A DNA stretch of 64,000 bases from positions 256,001-320,000 of the forward strand of contig JBHLNF010000003.1 in the NCBI GenBank assembly GCA_048937405.1. Reading direction: 5' to 3'. Positions 21,471 through 31,588 of this stretch are shown piece by piece. Source of the stretch: Promethearchaeota archaeon (GTDB taxonomy: Archaea > Asgardarchaeota > Lokiarchaeia > Sigyniarchaeales > SOKP01). Each line of letters opens with the position of its first letter. The first letter of the stretch is position 1. The translations under genes and the position numbers were made by a program. The notes under the pieces were generated by a model. It made no database searches. It was not told where the DNA came from and saw only the letters and a list, made by a program, of their open reading frames with translations.

Positions 21471-21639
21471 CCTCTTTTATATTGTTTTTAAAAATTATCA
21501 ATATCTTGATTAAAAGATAATTAGTAATATTTTTACTAAAATTAAAAATTTGCAAATTGAATTGTCATTTTAAATTTTTAGAATTTAGACAGAATCAAAA
21601 AAAGAAAGAAAAAAAAGAGGAATATTAGATTTGATTTTA

Positions 21640-22824
21640 TTATTTCATCTCTACCCATTTACCAGATTTTAATAATTCACATGGTTTAAAATATTCTTTT
21701 CCTGTAAGTTCAACAAGCTCATTTAAAACTTCAACTTGTCTCTGCCATGTATTTACATTTGCAGCCATAGGCCCAGGCATATTCATCCCTGCTTTTAACG
21801 TCTCATCAATTACTTCCCAACTAGTTGTTACTCCTTCCTCTAAAACTCTGCATGCTTCATTTAACATAATTGCGATTGGATATTTCAACTGATAAATTTT
21901 CGCTTTACCTGCTTTTTTATCAACTTGTGGTCTCCCTTTAGACCAATCTCGAAATCCTTGACCTGTTTTCATACCTAATTTTCCTTCATTATATAGTTTT
22001 GTTATTACTTTTCCAGGCGCAAAATTAGGAGATAAGGTTTTAGAATAATACAATGCATTATGGTATATAACATCGATCCCAACAAAATCAGCTAGGATTG
22101 TCATTGACATAGGACCACCTAGGCCATCATTATCAAGTTGGTCCCAAGAGAAACCCTCTTCAGCGGCTCTATCAAAAACATAACTTTGATAAATTGTAAC
22201 AGGAGCAGTAACTCGATTGCAGATAAATCCAGGTCTATCCTTTAATACCTTTGCTATATATCTTTCTCCTCTAAGACAAGGTATCGATTTTGCAAATTCT
22301 ATTCCTAAGTTAATGATTTCATCAGATGAATGCTCACTATAAATGACCTCAATCAATCTCATTAAAGGTACGGGATTAAAAAAGTGCATTCCAATACATT
22401 TATCTGGTCTCCCTGATTCTTTTCCAATATCAGTAATACTCATTGTAGAGGTGTTTGAGGCAAGTATACAGTGAGGTGGAGCATTATCACCGCAGGTTTT
22501 AAAAACTTGTTGTTTAACATCCATTTTTTCAACAACTGCTTCAATCATTATATCTGCATCCTTTACTGCCGATGCTAAATCTGTTGATTTTTTACAATTT
22601 GCCATAAGATCAGCACCACTTTTTCCTTCTGGTAATGTCCCTTTTGCTTCGAGCTTTTTTATTCCCTCGTCAATTTTACTCCATCCTTTATCTACAAACT
22701 CATCTTTTATATCCACCATAGTAACATTATAACCAGCTAACAGCGCCATTTGACCAACTCCATGGCCCATTTGGCCAGCACCTACCACTACTAAATTTTT
22801 AATATTAACCATTTTTTTTTCCAC
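21640..22824 (-). CDS. hbd: 3-hydroxyacyl-CoA dehydrogenase
   Basis: VVGAGQMG, IEAVVE, ASNTS, GMHFFNP, KLGMKTGQGF; extra C-terminal domain. Confidence 0.9.
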   Translation of the reverse strand: MEKKMVNIKNLVVVGAGQMGHGVGQMALLAGYNVTMVDIKDEFVDKGWSKIDEGIKKLEAKGTLPEGKSGADLMANCKKSTDLASAVKDADIMIEAVVEKMDVKQQVFKTCGDNAPPHCILASNTSTMSITDIGKESGRPDKCIGMHFFNPVPLMRLIEVIYSEHSSDEIINLGIEFAKSIPCLRGERYIAKVLKDRPGFICNRVTAPVTIYQSYVFDRAAEEGFSWDQLDNDGLGGPMSMTILADFVGIDVIYHNALYYSKTLSPNFAPGKVITKLYNEGKLGMKTGQGFRDWSKGRPQVDKKAGKAKIYQLKYPIAIMLNEACRVLEEGVTTSWEVIDETLKAGMNMPGPMAANVNTWQRQVEVLNELVELTGKEYFKPCELLKSGKWVEMK

Positions 22825-23166
22825 CTATTTAGTTTTATTTTAAAATAAAATTTTTGTAAAGTTTAATTTAACATATGTTATATTTTTTTTTCAAATTTGA
22901 TAATGAAATCGATTTTTTGAGTGAATTAATATACATATTCCATCAATTTCTCGACCATAGATTTAAAAACATTTTTTTTTTTTCATAAAATAGAATCTAG
23001 TTTGATTTTAGGATATAACGTCCCAATAAAAAATAGTTTAGATTAATAAACAAATAGAATTTATTTATGAAACATCATAAATATCTTAGAATTAATTGTT
23101 TTAAGTATAAAGTACAAATAATTATAAATTTCAATTTAAAGGTTAGGTTAAAAAGAGGTTTGAAAA

Positions 23167-24294
23167 ATAAAAATAGCTAAAATTTATGGGATTGATATCA
23201 AACTACATCTGTCAACTTTATTAATTATAGTTTTAGTTGGCTTTTATTCAACAAATTTTTATCTTTCCTTGATATCAAATGCAACCATTATCGATTTAAT
23301 AATTGTTGGTTTGTTAAATGGCTTGATATTACTGTTTTCAATTTTAATCCATGAATTAAGCCATTCAATTATGGCACAAAAATATGGACTTGAAGTTAAA
23401 GAAATTGAATTATACCTCTTTGGAGGTGTTTCAAAAATAGAAGAAGAACCTAGAACACCTAAATCTGAAATGATTATTTCAATAGTTGGACCATTATCAA
23501 GTTTATTAATTGGATTAGGATTGATTTTATTATTTTTTCTACCTATCAACATGCCCACTATTCTTTCCATTACATTATTATATTCTGGTATTACAAATAT
23601 CGGATTAGGTTTTTTTAATCTTATACCTGCTTTTCCTATTGATGGTGGAAGAATATTAAGAGCTTATTTATGGAAAAGAAAAAATAATCTATTATCTGCT
23701 ACGAAATTCACTACCAAGGTAGGAATAGTTATTAGTTATGGATTTATGATTTATGGTCTTCTCCAGATGTTTACTTTTGACCTTTTTAGTGGATTTTGGT
23801 TAGTACTTATTGGTTCTTTCTTGAACTCTTCTGCAAAGCAATCATATCAGCAAACTAAAAATGATTTTATTTTATCTAATATAACTGTCAAGGATATACT
23901 TAGCGTACCATTCAAGGGGATACCAGTTGATAAATCTCTCAATCAAGCTATAAGAGATTATTTTATTCTTTATAAAAAATCATATTTCCCGGTAATTGAT
24001 AATGATAAGATAATAGGAATAATTTATTTTAAAGATATTAGAAACATACCGAACATAGAGCGAGAAAAATATAGTGTCGGTGAATTTATGAGAGGAATCT
24101 CTGAATTTCAATATATTGAAGAAGATCTATCTGGAAAGGAGGCTTTGAAAAAATTAAATAAATTAAGCTATGTTCCTCCACTTTTAATCGTAGAAGAAAA
24201 AAGTAGTAAAAAAGTAATTGGATTTGTAGGAAAGAGTGATCTTATCTCATCTATAGAATTTTGGAGCCAGAATATAGACCAAAAGCAAACTTAA
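23167..24294 (+). CDS. Site-2 protease (M50) with CBS domains; start extended upstream of the ORF-track call
   Basis: HELSH and FNLIPAFPIDGGR motifs; frame is open upstream of 23269 and encodes the family-typical KIAKIYGIDIKLHLS; GAGGT at 23155-23159. Confidence 0.85.
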   Translation: MKIAKIYGIDIKLHLSTLLIIVLVGFYSTNFYLSLISNATIIDLIIVGLLNGLILLFSILIHELSHSIMAQKYGLEVKEIELYLFGGVSKIEEEPRTPKSEMIISIVGPLSSLLIGLGLILLFFLPINMPTILSITLLYSGITNIGLGFFNLIPAFPIDGGRILRAYLWKRKNNLLSATKFTTKVGIVISYGFMIYGLLQMFTFDLFSGFWLVLIGSFLNSSAKQSYQQTKNDFILSNITVKDILSVPFKGIPVDKSLNQAIRDYFILYKKSYFPVIDNDKIIGIIYFKDIRNIPNIEREKYSVGEFMRGISEFQYIEEDLSGKEALKKLNKLSYVPPLLIVEEKSSKKVIGFVGKSDLISSIEFWSQNIDQKQT

Positions 24295-24321
24295 TGGAAT
24301 TATTTTACTGCAACTTATAAT

Positions 24322-24843
24322 TCAGTAATAAAATATTAGCTCCTCAATACAAAGATCTTTTTCAACATCATTTTCTAGATAATTTATTTCTACTTTCTTT
24401 AATTTACTACCTAATAATATTCTAAAAGCTGTTTCAAAATAACCTTTGTTTATTCTACAAAAAGCTTTACCAAATTTTAATTTTCCTCTATGTTTAATAG
24501 TTTCTCTTAGAAAACAATGGTTTTCAATAATTATTCTTACTTTTTCTGGGTATTGTTGAACTTCCCGAACCTGTAATGAATAAAATTCTTTAAGTTCATT
24601 CATTAAGATTTCAAGAATTTCTAGAATATCAAATTCTTCCTTTTTGTACAGGTTTTTAATTCTTTTTGCTATAATTTCACCCGGACCAGCACCTATTTGG
24701 TACAATATAGAAAGTAGACTATTTCTTCCAAAAATATCGAGTATTTTATAAACCATTGATTCTGAAATAATTTCGAAGCCCTTTAAAGGTTCAATATTCG
24801 AAAGATCATTTTTAATTCTTATATTATATTGTTCTATATCCAT
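24322..24843 (-). CDS. V4R-fold (Bet3/TRAPP-related) protein
   Basis: LYQIGAGPGEIIA helix; HCFLRE, FCRINKGYF and E...DLC putative metal ligands. Confidence 0.6.
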   Translation of the reverse strand: MDIEQYNIRIKNDLSNIEPLKGFEIISESMVYKILDIFGRNSLLSILYQIGAGPGEIIAKRIKNLYKKEEFDILEILEILMNELKEFYSLQVREVQQYPEKVRIIIENHCFLRETIKHRGKLKFGKAFCRINKGYFETAFRILLGSKLKKVEINYLENDVEKDLCIEELIFYY

Positions 24844-24947
24844 ATGAAGATCCTCTAATTCCGATAAATAAGATTAATAATAAAAGCAATTAATTTTTTA
24901 AAAATTTAATTTTTTAAAAAAAAAAGTATATTCATAAAGAATATATT

Positions 24948-25706
24948 TTATAATATTGCTGTTTTTCGTTGAAACAGAAGAATACCAATGATTATCAATA
25001 CTAATGCCCATATAGCTATTAAAATTAAATTTAATCCAACCAGATCAAATGCAATACTGCCATCAAGCATTACAGCACTTAGTGCTTCTCTTGCTAGAGA
25101 TGTCGGTATAAAATCTATAATTGGTTCACCAGTTAATCCACCTAAAAACTGGAGAGGTAAAATAATAAACCATGCAAGTCCCGCCGCAGAACCAGAAGTT
25201 TTCACAACAGAGGCAAGTAATAAACCAAATCCAAGAGACATTATTGCTACTAAAAATGGAATGAAGAATAATAAGAAGATATTTGCATTCGAATCGAAGT
25301 GTGCTCCGAATAATAAACTCAGCATTAGTATAATAATAATTTGAATTGCTGCTACAATTAGTTGTGAAAACATCCCTGAGATTAATATTGCTGAACGTGA
25401 AACAGGTGTAGTTATTAACCGTTGTAAGGTTCCTGATTGTTTTTCCTCAGCAAAATGACTAGCTAATTGTGAAATTAATACAACTGGAGCCAAGATTATA
25501 ACACCTGGTGCAAAATATTGGTAAATTGTAAGTGTGGTACCTTCAACAAGATCATCTCCATATGCAAATTTTAATAAAAGTATGAATACAAACGGATAAC
25601 CAAAAATCCATAATAACTGAAAAATTTCGCGAAACATTGATTTAAAATTTTTAACAGTCAAAAACCATATTTGTTTTAAGGATTTGGGTTCAAAATGTTG
25701 CTCCAT
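24948..25706 (-). CDS. ABC-2 type exporter permease
   Basis: 6 TM; EEKQSGTLQRLITTPVSR. Confidence 0.9.
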   Translation of the reverse strand: MEQHFEPKSLKQIWFLTVKNFKSMFREIFQLLWIFGYPFVFILLLKFAYGDDLVEGTTLTIYQYFAPGVIILAPVVLISQLASHFAEEKQSGTLQRLITTPVSRSAILISGMFSQLIVAAIQIIIILMLSLLFGAHFDSNANIFLLFFIPFLVAIMSLGFGLLLASVVKTSGSAAGLAWFIILPLQFLGGLTGEPIIDFIPTSLAREALSAVMLDGSIAFDLVGLNLILIAIWALVLIIIGILLFQRKTAIL

Positions 25707-26653
25707 TAATCTCTCAACCTCCTACCAGTTAAATCAATAAATACGTCCTCTAAAGTATTTTGACGAACCGAAATGTCTTCCATTTTCACTTTAATTGTAT
25801 CCATAATCTCAGAAACACGCCTTAACCCATCAAGTGCATTCAGAATTATCCTATGTTTACCAACTGGTTTTCCCCATTGCACAAAATCTAATTTTGTAGC
25901 TAGTGCAATAATTTCATCCCGTTGATTTATATCTTTAATTTTAAATTCTAAAATATCTCCCTCACCTAATTTTCCTTTTAATTCATTAGGAGTACCTTGA
26001 GCTATAATTTTTCCATAATCAATTATGATTAATTCATCTGAAAGATCATCTGCTTCTTCCATACTATGTGTCGTAAGAATAATAGTAGACTCTTTTTCTT
26101 GAAAATCTCGTATAAAATCCCAAACAACTCTTCGGGACTGAGGATCGAGACCTGCTGTAGGTTCATCAAAAAATAGTAATTCAGGTTCATGAATTACCGC
26201 CATTAATACATTAACTCGTCGTTTCATTCCACCAGAATAATTTTTAACTAAATCATTTGAACGATCCAACAAATTCATTTTTCCTAACAAGTCATCTGTT
26301 CTTTCTTTGTAATCTTTTTTTGACATTCCATGCATTTGGGCAATTAAATGAATATTTTCTCTAGCATTCAAACGTGGATAAAGTACAAGCTCTTGAGGAC
26401 ACACACCTATACGTTTTTTTATTTCTAAAGCCTCTTTTTTAATATCAAAGCCTAGTACTGATGCATCACCACTAGTTGGGTGGAGTATTGTCGATAATAT
26501 TTTTATTGTTGTTGTTTTACCTGCCCCATTTGGTCCAAGAACTCCAAATAATGAGCCTTTTGAAATCCGTAGATCTATTCCATCAACAGCATGAACATCC
26601 CCAAAATATTTTTTTAGATTTCTTGTTTCAATAGCTAAATCCAAAATTATCAC
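25706..26653 (-). CDS. ABC exporter ATP-binding subunit (DrrA-like)
   Basis: GPNGAGKTT, YSGGMKRR, FFDEPTAGLDP, TTH; stop overlaps the permease ATG (TAATG). Confidence 0.95.
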   Translation of the reverse strand: MIILDLAIETRNLKKYFGDVHAVDGIDLRISKGSLFGVLGPNGAGKTTTIKILSTILHPTSGDASVLGFDIKKEALEIKKRIGVCPQELVLYPRLNARENIHLIAQMHGMSKKDYKERTDDLLGKMNLLDRSNDLVKNYSGGMKRRVNVLMAVIHEPELLFFDEPTAGLDPQSRRVVWDFIRDFQEKESTIILTTHSMEEADDLSDELIIIDYGKIIAQGTPNELKGKLGEGDILEFKIKDINQRDEIIALATKLDFVQWGKPVGKHRIILNALDGLRRVSEIMDTIKVKMEDISVRQNTLEDVFIDLTGRRLRD

Positions 26654-26755
26654 TATTATTAAATTAAAATTAGATAGAATTATTTTTAATTCAATAAAAT
26701 ATAAATCTTTTTACAGATTAAGACCTAATAATTTAAAAAACCAAATAGCAGTGAT

Positions 26756-27313
26756 CTACTTAGATATATTCTGCAGAACTTTTTCAAATTCATTATAATC
26801 TGCCTCAATCTCAAGACAAATGGATAAATTTCTTAAGTTTTGATTTTTTTCTACAAGGAACTTTTTCATTGTAGGAAGCATTGTTTTAGCGCATAGTTTA
26901 GAAGTGATTCCTCTCATTTCTATAGAGATAGGAGGAAATACAATCGAAGTAATACCTATCTCGTCGGCTAAAAGTAATGAGTTCCAAGTGGCCAACATTA
27001 ATTTTTTCCCTTCGTTTCCTTGTCCTGGCCTTGGACCATTAGTATGTATTATATATCTTATAAAATCACCCCCAGAGGTAAGTATAGATTTTCCTACCGA
27101 GACTTGAATTATTTTATTAATTATTTTATTACATTCAACTTGTACCTGAGTTCCAGCTTTTTTTAAAACTTTACACCTTAGATCACCACTAGGGAGGAGC
27201 CTACTATTAGTAGGAATCACAATTGCGTCATATTGTTCAATATTGGTTAAATCCCCTATAAAAATTTCAATAATCGAATTGTTAATAGTTATTTGATGCA
27301 TTAAAAATATCAC
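26756..27313 (-). CDS. Macrodomain protein (degenerate motifs)
   Basis: IGDLT, DAIVIPTN, YIIHTNGP, SIVFPPIS. Confidence 0.8.
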   Translation of the reverse strand: MIFLMHQITINNSIIEIFIGDLTNIEQYDAIVIPTNSRLLPSGDLRCKVLKKAGTQVQVECNKIINKIIQVSVGKSILTSGGDFIRYIIHTNGPRPGQGNEGKKLMLATWNSLLLADEIGITSIVFPPISIEMRGITSKLCAKTMLPTMKKFLVEKNQNLRNLSICLEIEADYNEFEKVLQNISK

Positions 27314-27373
27314 CTAATTAGATATATTTAAATTTTAGGTTTATTAAAAAGAATCAAATACAGTTATTACTAA

Positions 27374-27862
27374 TTATTTCTTAGAAGATTTATTTAAATC
27401 TATTATTTTCTTAATTGCTTTTTCAACATTCTCATCAATAATTCTAAGAACTTCCTTATATCTCTCGACTGAAGTATAGTAAGGATCAATAATATCTATG
27501 TTATGAGTTTCTCCATTAAATTCTTTTAGTGTAAAAGTTTTTTTCTCAATATTTTCAATAACATTGAAATTTTTTATAATATCAAGTGAATGTTTTTGCT
27601 CCATAGTGAGAATTAAGTCCTGTTTTTTTAATAATGTACTGTTGATTATTTTTGGAATGAAATCTGAATTCTTTATTCCTTTAGAATCCAGGTATTTTCG
27701 AGATTCAGGTTGCATGTAAGTGAAAGCGTTGAAAAAACCACATGAATCAATTTCTAAATCTACGTTAAATTTCTTTGTATAATAACGAGCTAAATATTCT
27801 GCAGCTGGAGATCTTGCTGTATTGCCTAGGCATATGAAGAGAACGTTTTTAATTTTACTCAA
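27374..27862 (-). CDS. Low-molecular-weight protein phosphatase (LMW-PTP/ArsC fold), copy 1
   Basis: P-loop CLGNTARS, ILTME, IIDPYY. Confidence 0.9.
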   Translation of the reverse strand: MSKIKNVLFICLGNTARSPAAEYLARYYTKKFNVDLEIDSCGFFNAFTYMQPESRKYLDSKGIKNSDFIPKIINSTLLKKQDLILTMEQKHSLDIIKNFNVIENIEKKTFTLKEFNGETHNIDIIDPYYTSVERYKEVLRIIDENVEKAIKKIIDLNKSSKK

Positions 27863-28001
27863 AATTAATCAAGTATTAAAAAAATGTTATTTTAAATAAA
27901 AGTTATGAAAAACGCCCAATATAAAATTAAATAAAAAATTAAATAGATGATTGACCTAATAATTATTACGGCATCTATTATAATCTAGTTAAAAGAGAAA
28001 A

Positions 28002-29672
28002 ATGACTGAAGTAGAAAACAAAGAAGCAATGGAAAAAGCCCATTTGAAAAACTGGTTCAGTAGGACATTTACAAGAGACATAAACTTATCAAAAGATACT
28101 TTAATTTATTTATTTTTCTCTATGCTATCAATTACAATTGTAGCAGAAGCATTTTTATTTGAATATACAATTTCTACAGGAGGAGTTTTACATGTTGGTT
28201 TAGAAGTCTATGCATTATTAATTATACTTGCTATTAGCTTTCTGATTTCTGGTATTATTGTAGATTTCATTAAGAATAGAACTAATTATTTTAATATCAC
28301 ACTGATGGTTTGTATTATCGGACTTTTTATAAGTGCTATTCCAGAAATGGTTTTTTATTATTTTGGTTTGCTAATAGTTCTCTTAACAGTTCCACAATTA
28401 GTTATTCTATGGTTCACATTTTTCGTACATGAAACAAATATTTTAAATCGTGGGAGGATAGCTGCATACTTACTCATTTTAGGTTTTTCTATAGCGTTTG
28501 TATCTATTATATTTGTTGTTTTTGACTTTTTATATACATTTTTAGGTATTTTAGAACTCGGATTATTTTTAATTATTTTCAAATATTCTAGAGGGTATAA
28601 ATATATAGAAACCAAAGAACGATTGAAATCGGGTAAAAAATTTTTGAATATAATTTTTGAAAAACATTTCTTTAGATATTCAACTAGTTTTTTTGTATTA
28701 AGCTTTATTTTGGGTGATTTACTTGCAAGATATAGTTTTGATGTTGACTTAATAATATACGCAATAGCTTCTTTTTTGTATCTTATCGCAGCAGGATATT
28801 GTTTGGATAATATTGGACGGAAAACATCTATAGTTCTTGGAATTTTAGTTCTTTCATTTTTTCTGATATCTTATGGTTCATTCATTGATTCAGATTATAT
28901 TTTCGGTATGCCTAGAAAAGTACTTCTCTCTATTCATTATGGATTTTCCTTATTACCTCTTCTACTTGCTATCTTTACAATTTCAGGAGACTTTTCAACA
29001 GAGAGAGGAAATTTGAAATATAGGGGTAGAATAAATGGAATGTATTTAGCTCTAATGTTTTTTGGAACAATAGTGGGATTTACTTTTAGTCGTTTGATAA
29101 ATGATGTGTATAATAGGTTTCCTAGTTTTCAAGAATTTTTACCTAATTTTCCCAATCTTCTAAATGGTTTTATATTAGTTATACTTTTAGTTTGGATGAT
29201 GGCTATGAAAGAATTCCTCGTCTCAAAAGAAAAGAAATGGGCAGATTCTTTAAAGACCATTATTATTTTTAGCAAAAATGGGATAAGTCTTTATAATTAC
29301 AATTTTGAACAGAAGGATTTATTTAAAGATGAACCAGATCAAATTGATTTCGATGAAGATTTAGTATCTGGGGCATTAACAGGCATTTCGTCTCTTCTTT
29401 CCGAAATAACTCATACAAAAAGACATCTTAGACATATTCAAAAAGAAGATGCCACTCTGATATTTGCTTATGGTAAATATCATATTGCTACTTTAATTGC
29501 TAATATGGATTTGCCAATTTTATTCAAAAAACTTGATGAATTCTCCCGAGAATTTGAAAGTAAGTTTGTAAAAGAACTTAAAAATTTTAAGGGAAATGTT
29601 TCTCATTTTGAACCTACAAAATTCTTATTAATCAAGTATTTCAGTAAAAAATACGATGATTTTATGGAATAA
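28002..29672 (+). CDS. MFS-like multipass membrane domain fused to C-terminal longin domain, paralogue 1
   Basis: About 12 TM, LDNIGRK (MFS motif A-like), KYRGRING; C-term IFSKNGISLY...DEDLVSGALTGISSLLSEI. Confidence 0.75.
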   Translation: MTEVENKEAMEKAHLKNWFSRTFTRDINLSKDTLIYLFFSMLSITIVAEAFLFEYTISTGGVLHVGLEVYALLIILAISFLISGIIVDFIKNRTNYFNITLMVCIIGLFISAIPEMVFYYFGLLIVLLTVPQLVILWFTFFVHETNILNRGRIAAYLLILGFSIAFVSIIFVVFDFLYTFLGILELGLFLIIFKYSRGYKYIETKERLKSGKKFLNIIFEKHFFRYSTSFFVLSFILGDLLARYSFDVDLIIYAIASFLYLIAAGYCLDNIGRKTSIVLGILVLSFFLISYGSFIDSDYIFGMPRKVLLSIHYGFSLLPLLLAIFTISGDFSTERGNLKYRGRINGMYLALMFFGTIVGFTFSRLINDVYNRFPSFQEFLPNFPNLLNGFILVILLVWMMAMKEFLVSKEKKWADSLKTIIIFSKNGISLYNYNFEQKDLFKDEPDQIDFDEDLVSGALTGISSLLSEITHTKRHLRHIQKEDATLIFAYGKYHIATLIANMDLPILFKKLDEFSREFESKFVKELKNFKGNVSHFEPTKFLLIKYFSKKYDDFME

Positions 29673-29856
29673 TTAAGTCGAGATATTTCTTTACTTGTTT
29701 CTCATAAAAGTTGATTATGCTAGAATGGGTTCAACAAAAATATTAAATAAGAAGACATCCTAAAAAATACTACTAACTTCATTCGCATTTTGATATTGGT
29801 TTTTAATTTAGAAAGAAAAAATATTAGATAATAAGATTCGATACAAAATAATAACT

Positions 29857-31518
29857 ATGAAAAGAAATTTCAAATACTCCCTTGGCAAGTTGTTTGCTAG
29901 AGATGTGGATTTAGAGAATACCTCGCTTCTTTATCTTTTTTTTTCTTTTCTTTCTATTTCATTTACAGTTGAATATTTTATTCTAAAATTTTTTATACAG
30001 ATGCAAGTTGGATTAGAAATAGAATTACCTGTGATTATGACATTATTCGTAATATCTATCCTTTTTTTAGCTTTTGGCTTTTTTATTGATAGGATAACAA
30101 ACAAAACACAATTTTTCAATATAGTTTTGTTGATTTGTATTATAGGTTTATTATTAACTACCTTCACACACCCTCTATTTGATATTTTTGGGATTTTAAT
30201 TATCCTAATAACAATACCTCAATTAATATTAATCTGGTGTTCAACTTTAGATCATGAAACAAATATTTTGAATAGAGGTAGAATAACTGCTATGATCTTA
30301 GTCTCTAGTTATTTGTTTAGTTTGCCTGTTATCTTTTTCTTGTTTTTTAAGGATTTATATATATTTCTTATCATAATAGAATTTTTTCTTTTAATTATAA
30401 CCGTTATTATTTCGCGCTTTTATACCTATATTGAGACTAAAGACAGATTAAAATCTGATAAAAAATATTTTGATATCATTTTCGAATTACACTTTTCAAG
30501 ATATTCAGTTGGTCTTGCTTTTTTAAGTGGTCTTTTAGGAGGTTTGTTAAACGATTCTTTGGCTTATTTTGAAAGTTATAAAATTAGTATTCTTACTTTT
30601 TCAATAGCTTCTTTCTTTTATATTCTTGCAGCTGGTTGGTTTTTTGATTATATGGGTAGAAAGAATTCATTAGTTCTTGGTATTTTATTAGTTTCATTTT
30701 TTTATATATCATTTGGGTCATCTTATATAGGATCTCCGAATGATCCTGTTTTTGGTATGCCTAAGGAAATCCATATCTCTCTTCATTATGCATTTGCGAT
30801 TCTTCCATTAATATTAGCTATAATCACAATAGCGGGAGATTTTTCAACTGAAAGAGGGAATTTAAAATATAGGGGAAGTATAAATGGACTTTTTCTAGCA
30901 TTAATGTTTTTTGGGATAGGTTTAGGATATTTATTATATAAAATGATTGATCTCCTTTATAATAATTTTGAAGAAATGCAAATTTGGGTACCAAACCTAC
31001 CCAATCTACTAAACTCATTTGCATTAGTTATAGTTCTTGTTTGGATGATGGCTGGCAAAGATATATTAATATCTAAAGAGAAAGATTGGGCAAAGTCATT
31101 AAAAAATCTTTTTGTTTTAACTAATAGTGGAGTTTGTTTATATAACTATGATTTTATACTTAAAAGACAAGCTTATGGAGAGGAAGAAGAGGAAAAAGAG
31201 TGTGAATTTGATGAGGATTTAGTGAGTGGTGCGCTTTCTGGTGTGATTACAATAATCTCTGAAATCACAAGAAGTTCAAAACACATTAAAAAGATTGATA
31301 AGGAAGGTAATCATCTTTATTTTGCATTTGGAAAATACCATATAGTGGTATTGATTACCTCTATGGATTTACCTATTTTAAAGAAAAAATTGGATGCTTT
31401 TTCAAGGACCTTTGAACAAAATTTTTCAGAAGATGTAAAAAATTTTAGAGGTAATGTTGAAGTATTTTCTCCAACAAGATATATGATAGATAGGTACTTT
31501 AGTCAAAAATATATTTAA
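29857..31518 (+). CDS. MFS-like multipass membrane domain fused to C-terminal longin domain, paralogue 2
   Basis: Shares HETNILNRGRI, GDFSTERGNLKYRG and FDEDLVSGAL with paralogue 1; FDYMGRK. Confidence 0.75.
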   Translation: MKRNFKYSLGKLFARDVDLENTSLLYLFFSFLSISFTVEYFILKFFIQMQVGLEIELPVIMTLFVISILFLAFGFFIDRITNKTQFFNIVLLICIIGLLLTTFTHPLFDIFGILIILITIPQLILIWCSTLDHETNILNRGRITAMILVSSYLFSLPVIFFLFFKDLYIFLIIIEFFLLIITVIISRFYTYIETKDRLKSDKKYFDIIFELHFSRYSVGLAFLSGLLGGLLNDSLAYFESYKISILTFSIASFFYILAAGWFFDYMGRKNSLVLGILLVSFFYISFGSSYIGSPNDPVFGMPKEIHISLHYAFAILPLILAIITIAGDFSTERGNLKYRGSINGLFLALMFFGIGLGYLLYKMIDLLYNNFEEMQIWVPNLPNLLNSFALVIVLVWMMAGKDILISKEKDWAKSLKNLFVLTNSGVCLYNYDFILKRQAYGEEEEEKECEFDEDLVSGALSGVITIISEITRSSKHIKKIDKEGNHLYFAFGKYHIVVLITSMDLPILKKKLDAFSRTFEQNFSEDVKNFRGNVEVFSPTRYMIDRYFSQKYI

Positions 31519-31588
31519 TACTATTTTAAATTTTTATTTAAATAATTAATTTAGAAGACAAGAGATTTTTGTACTATATCTTAAATTC

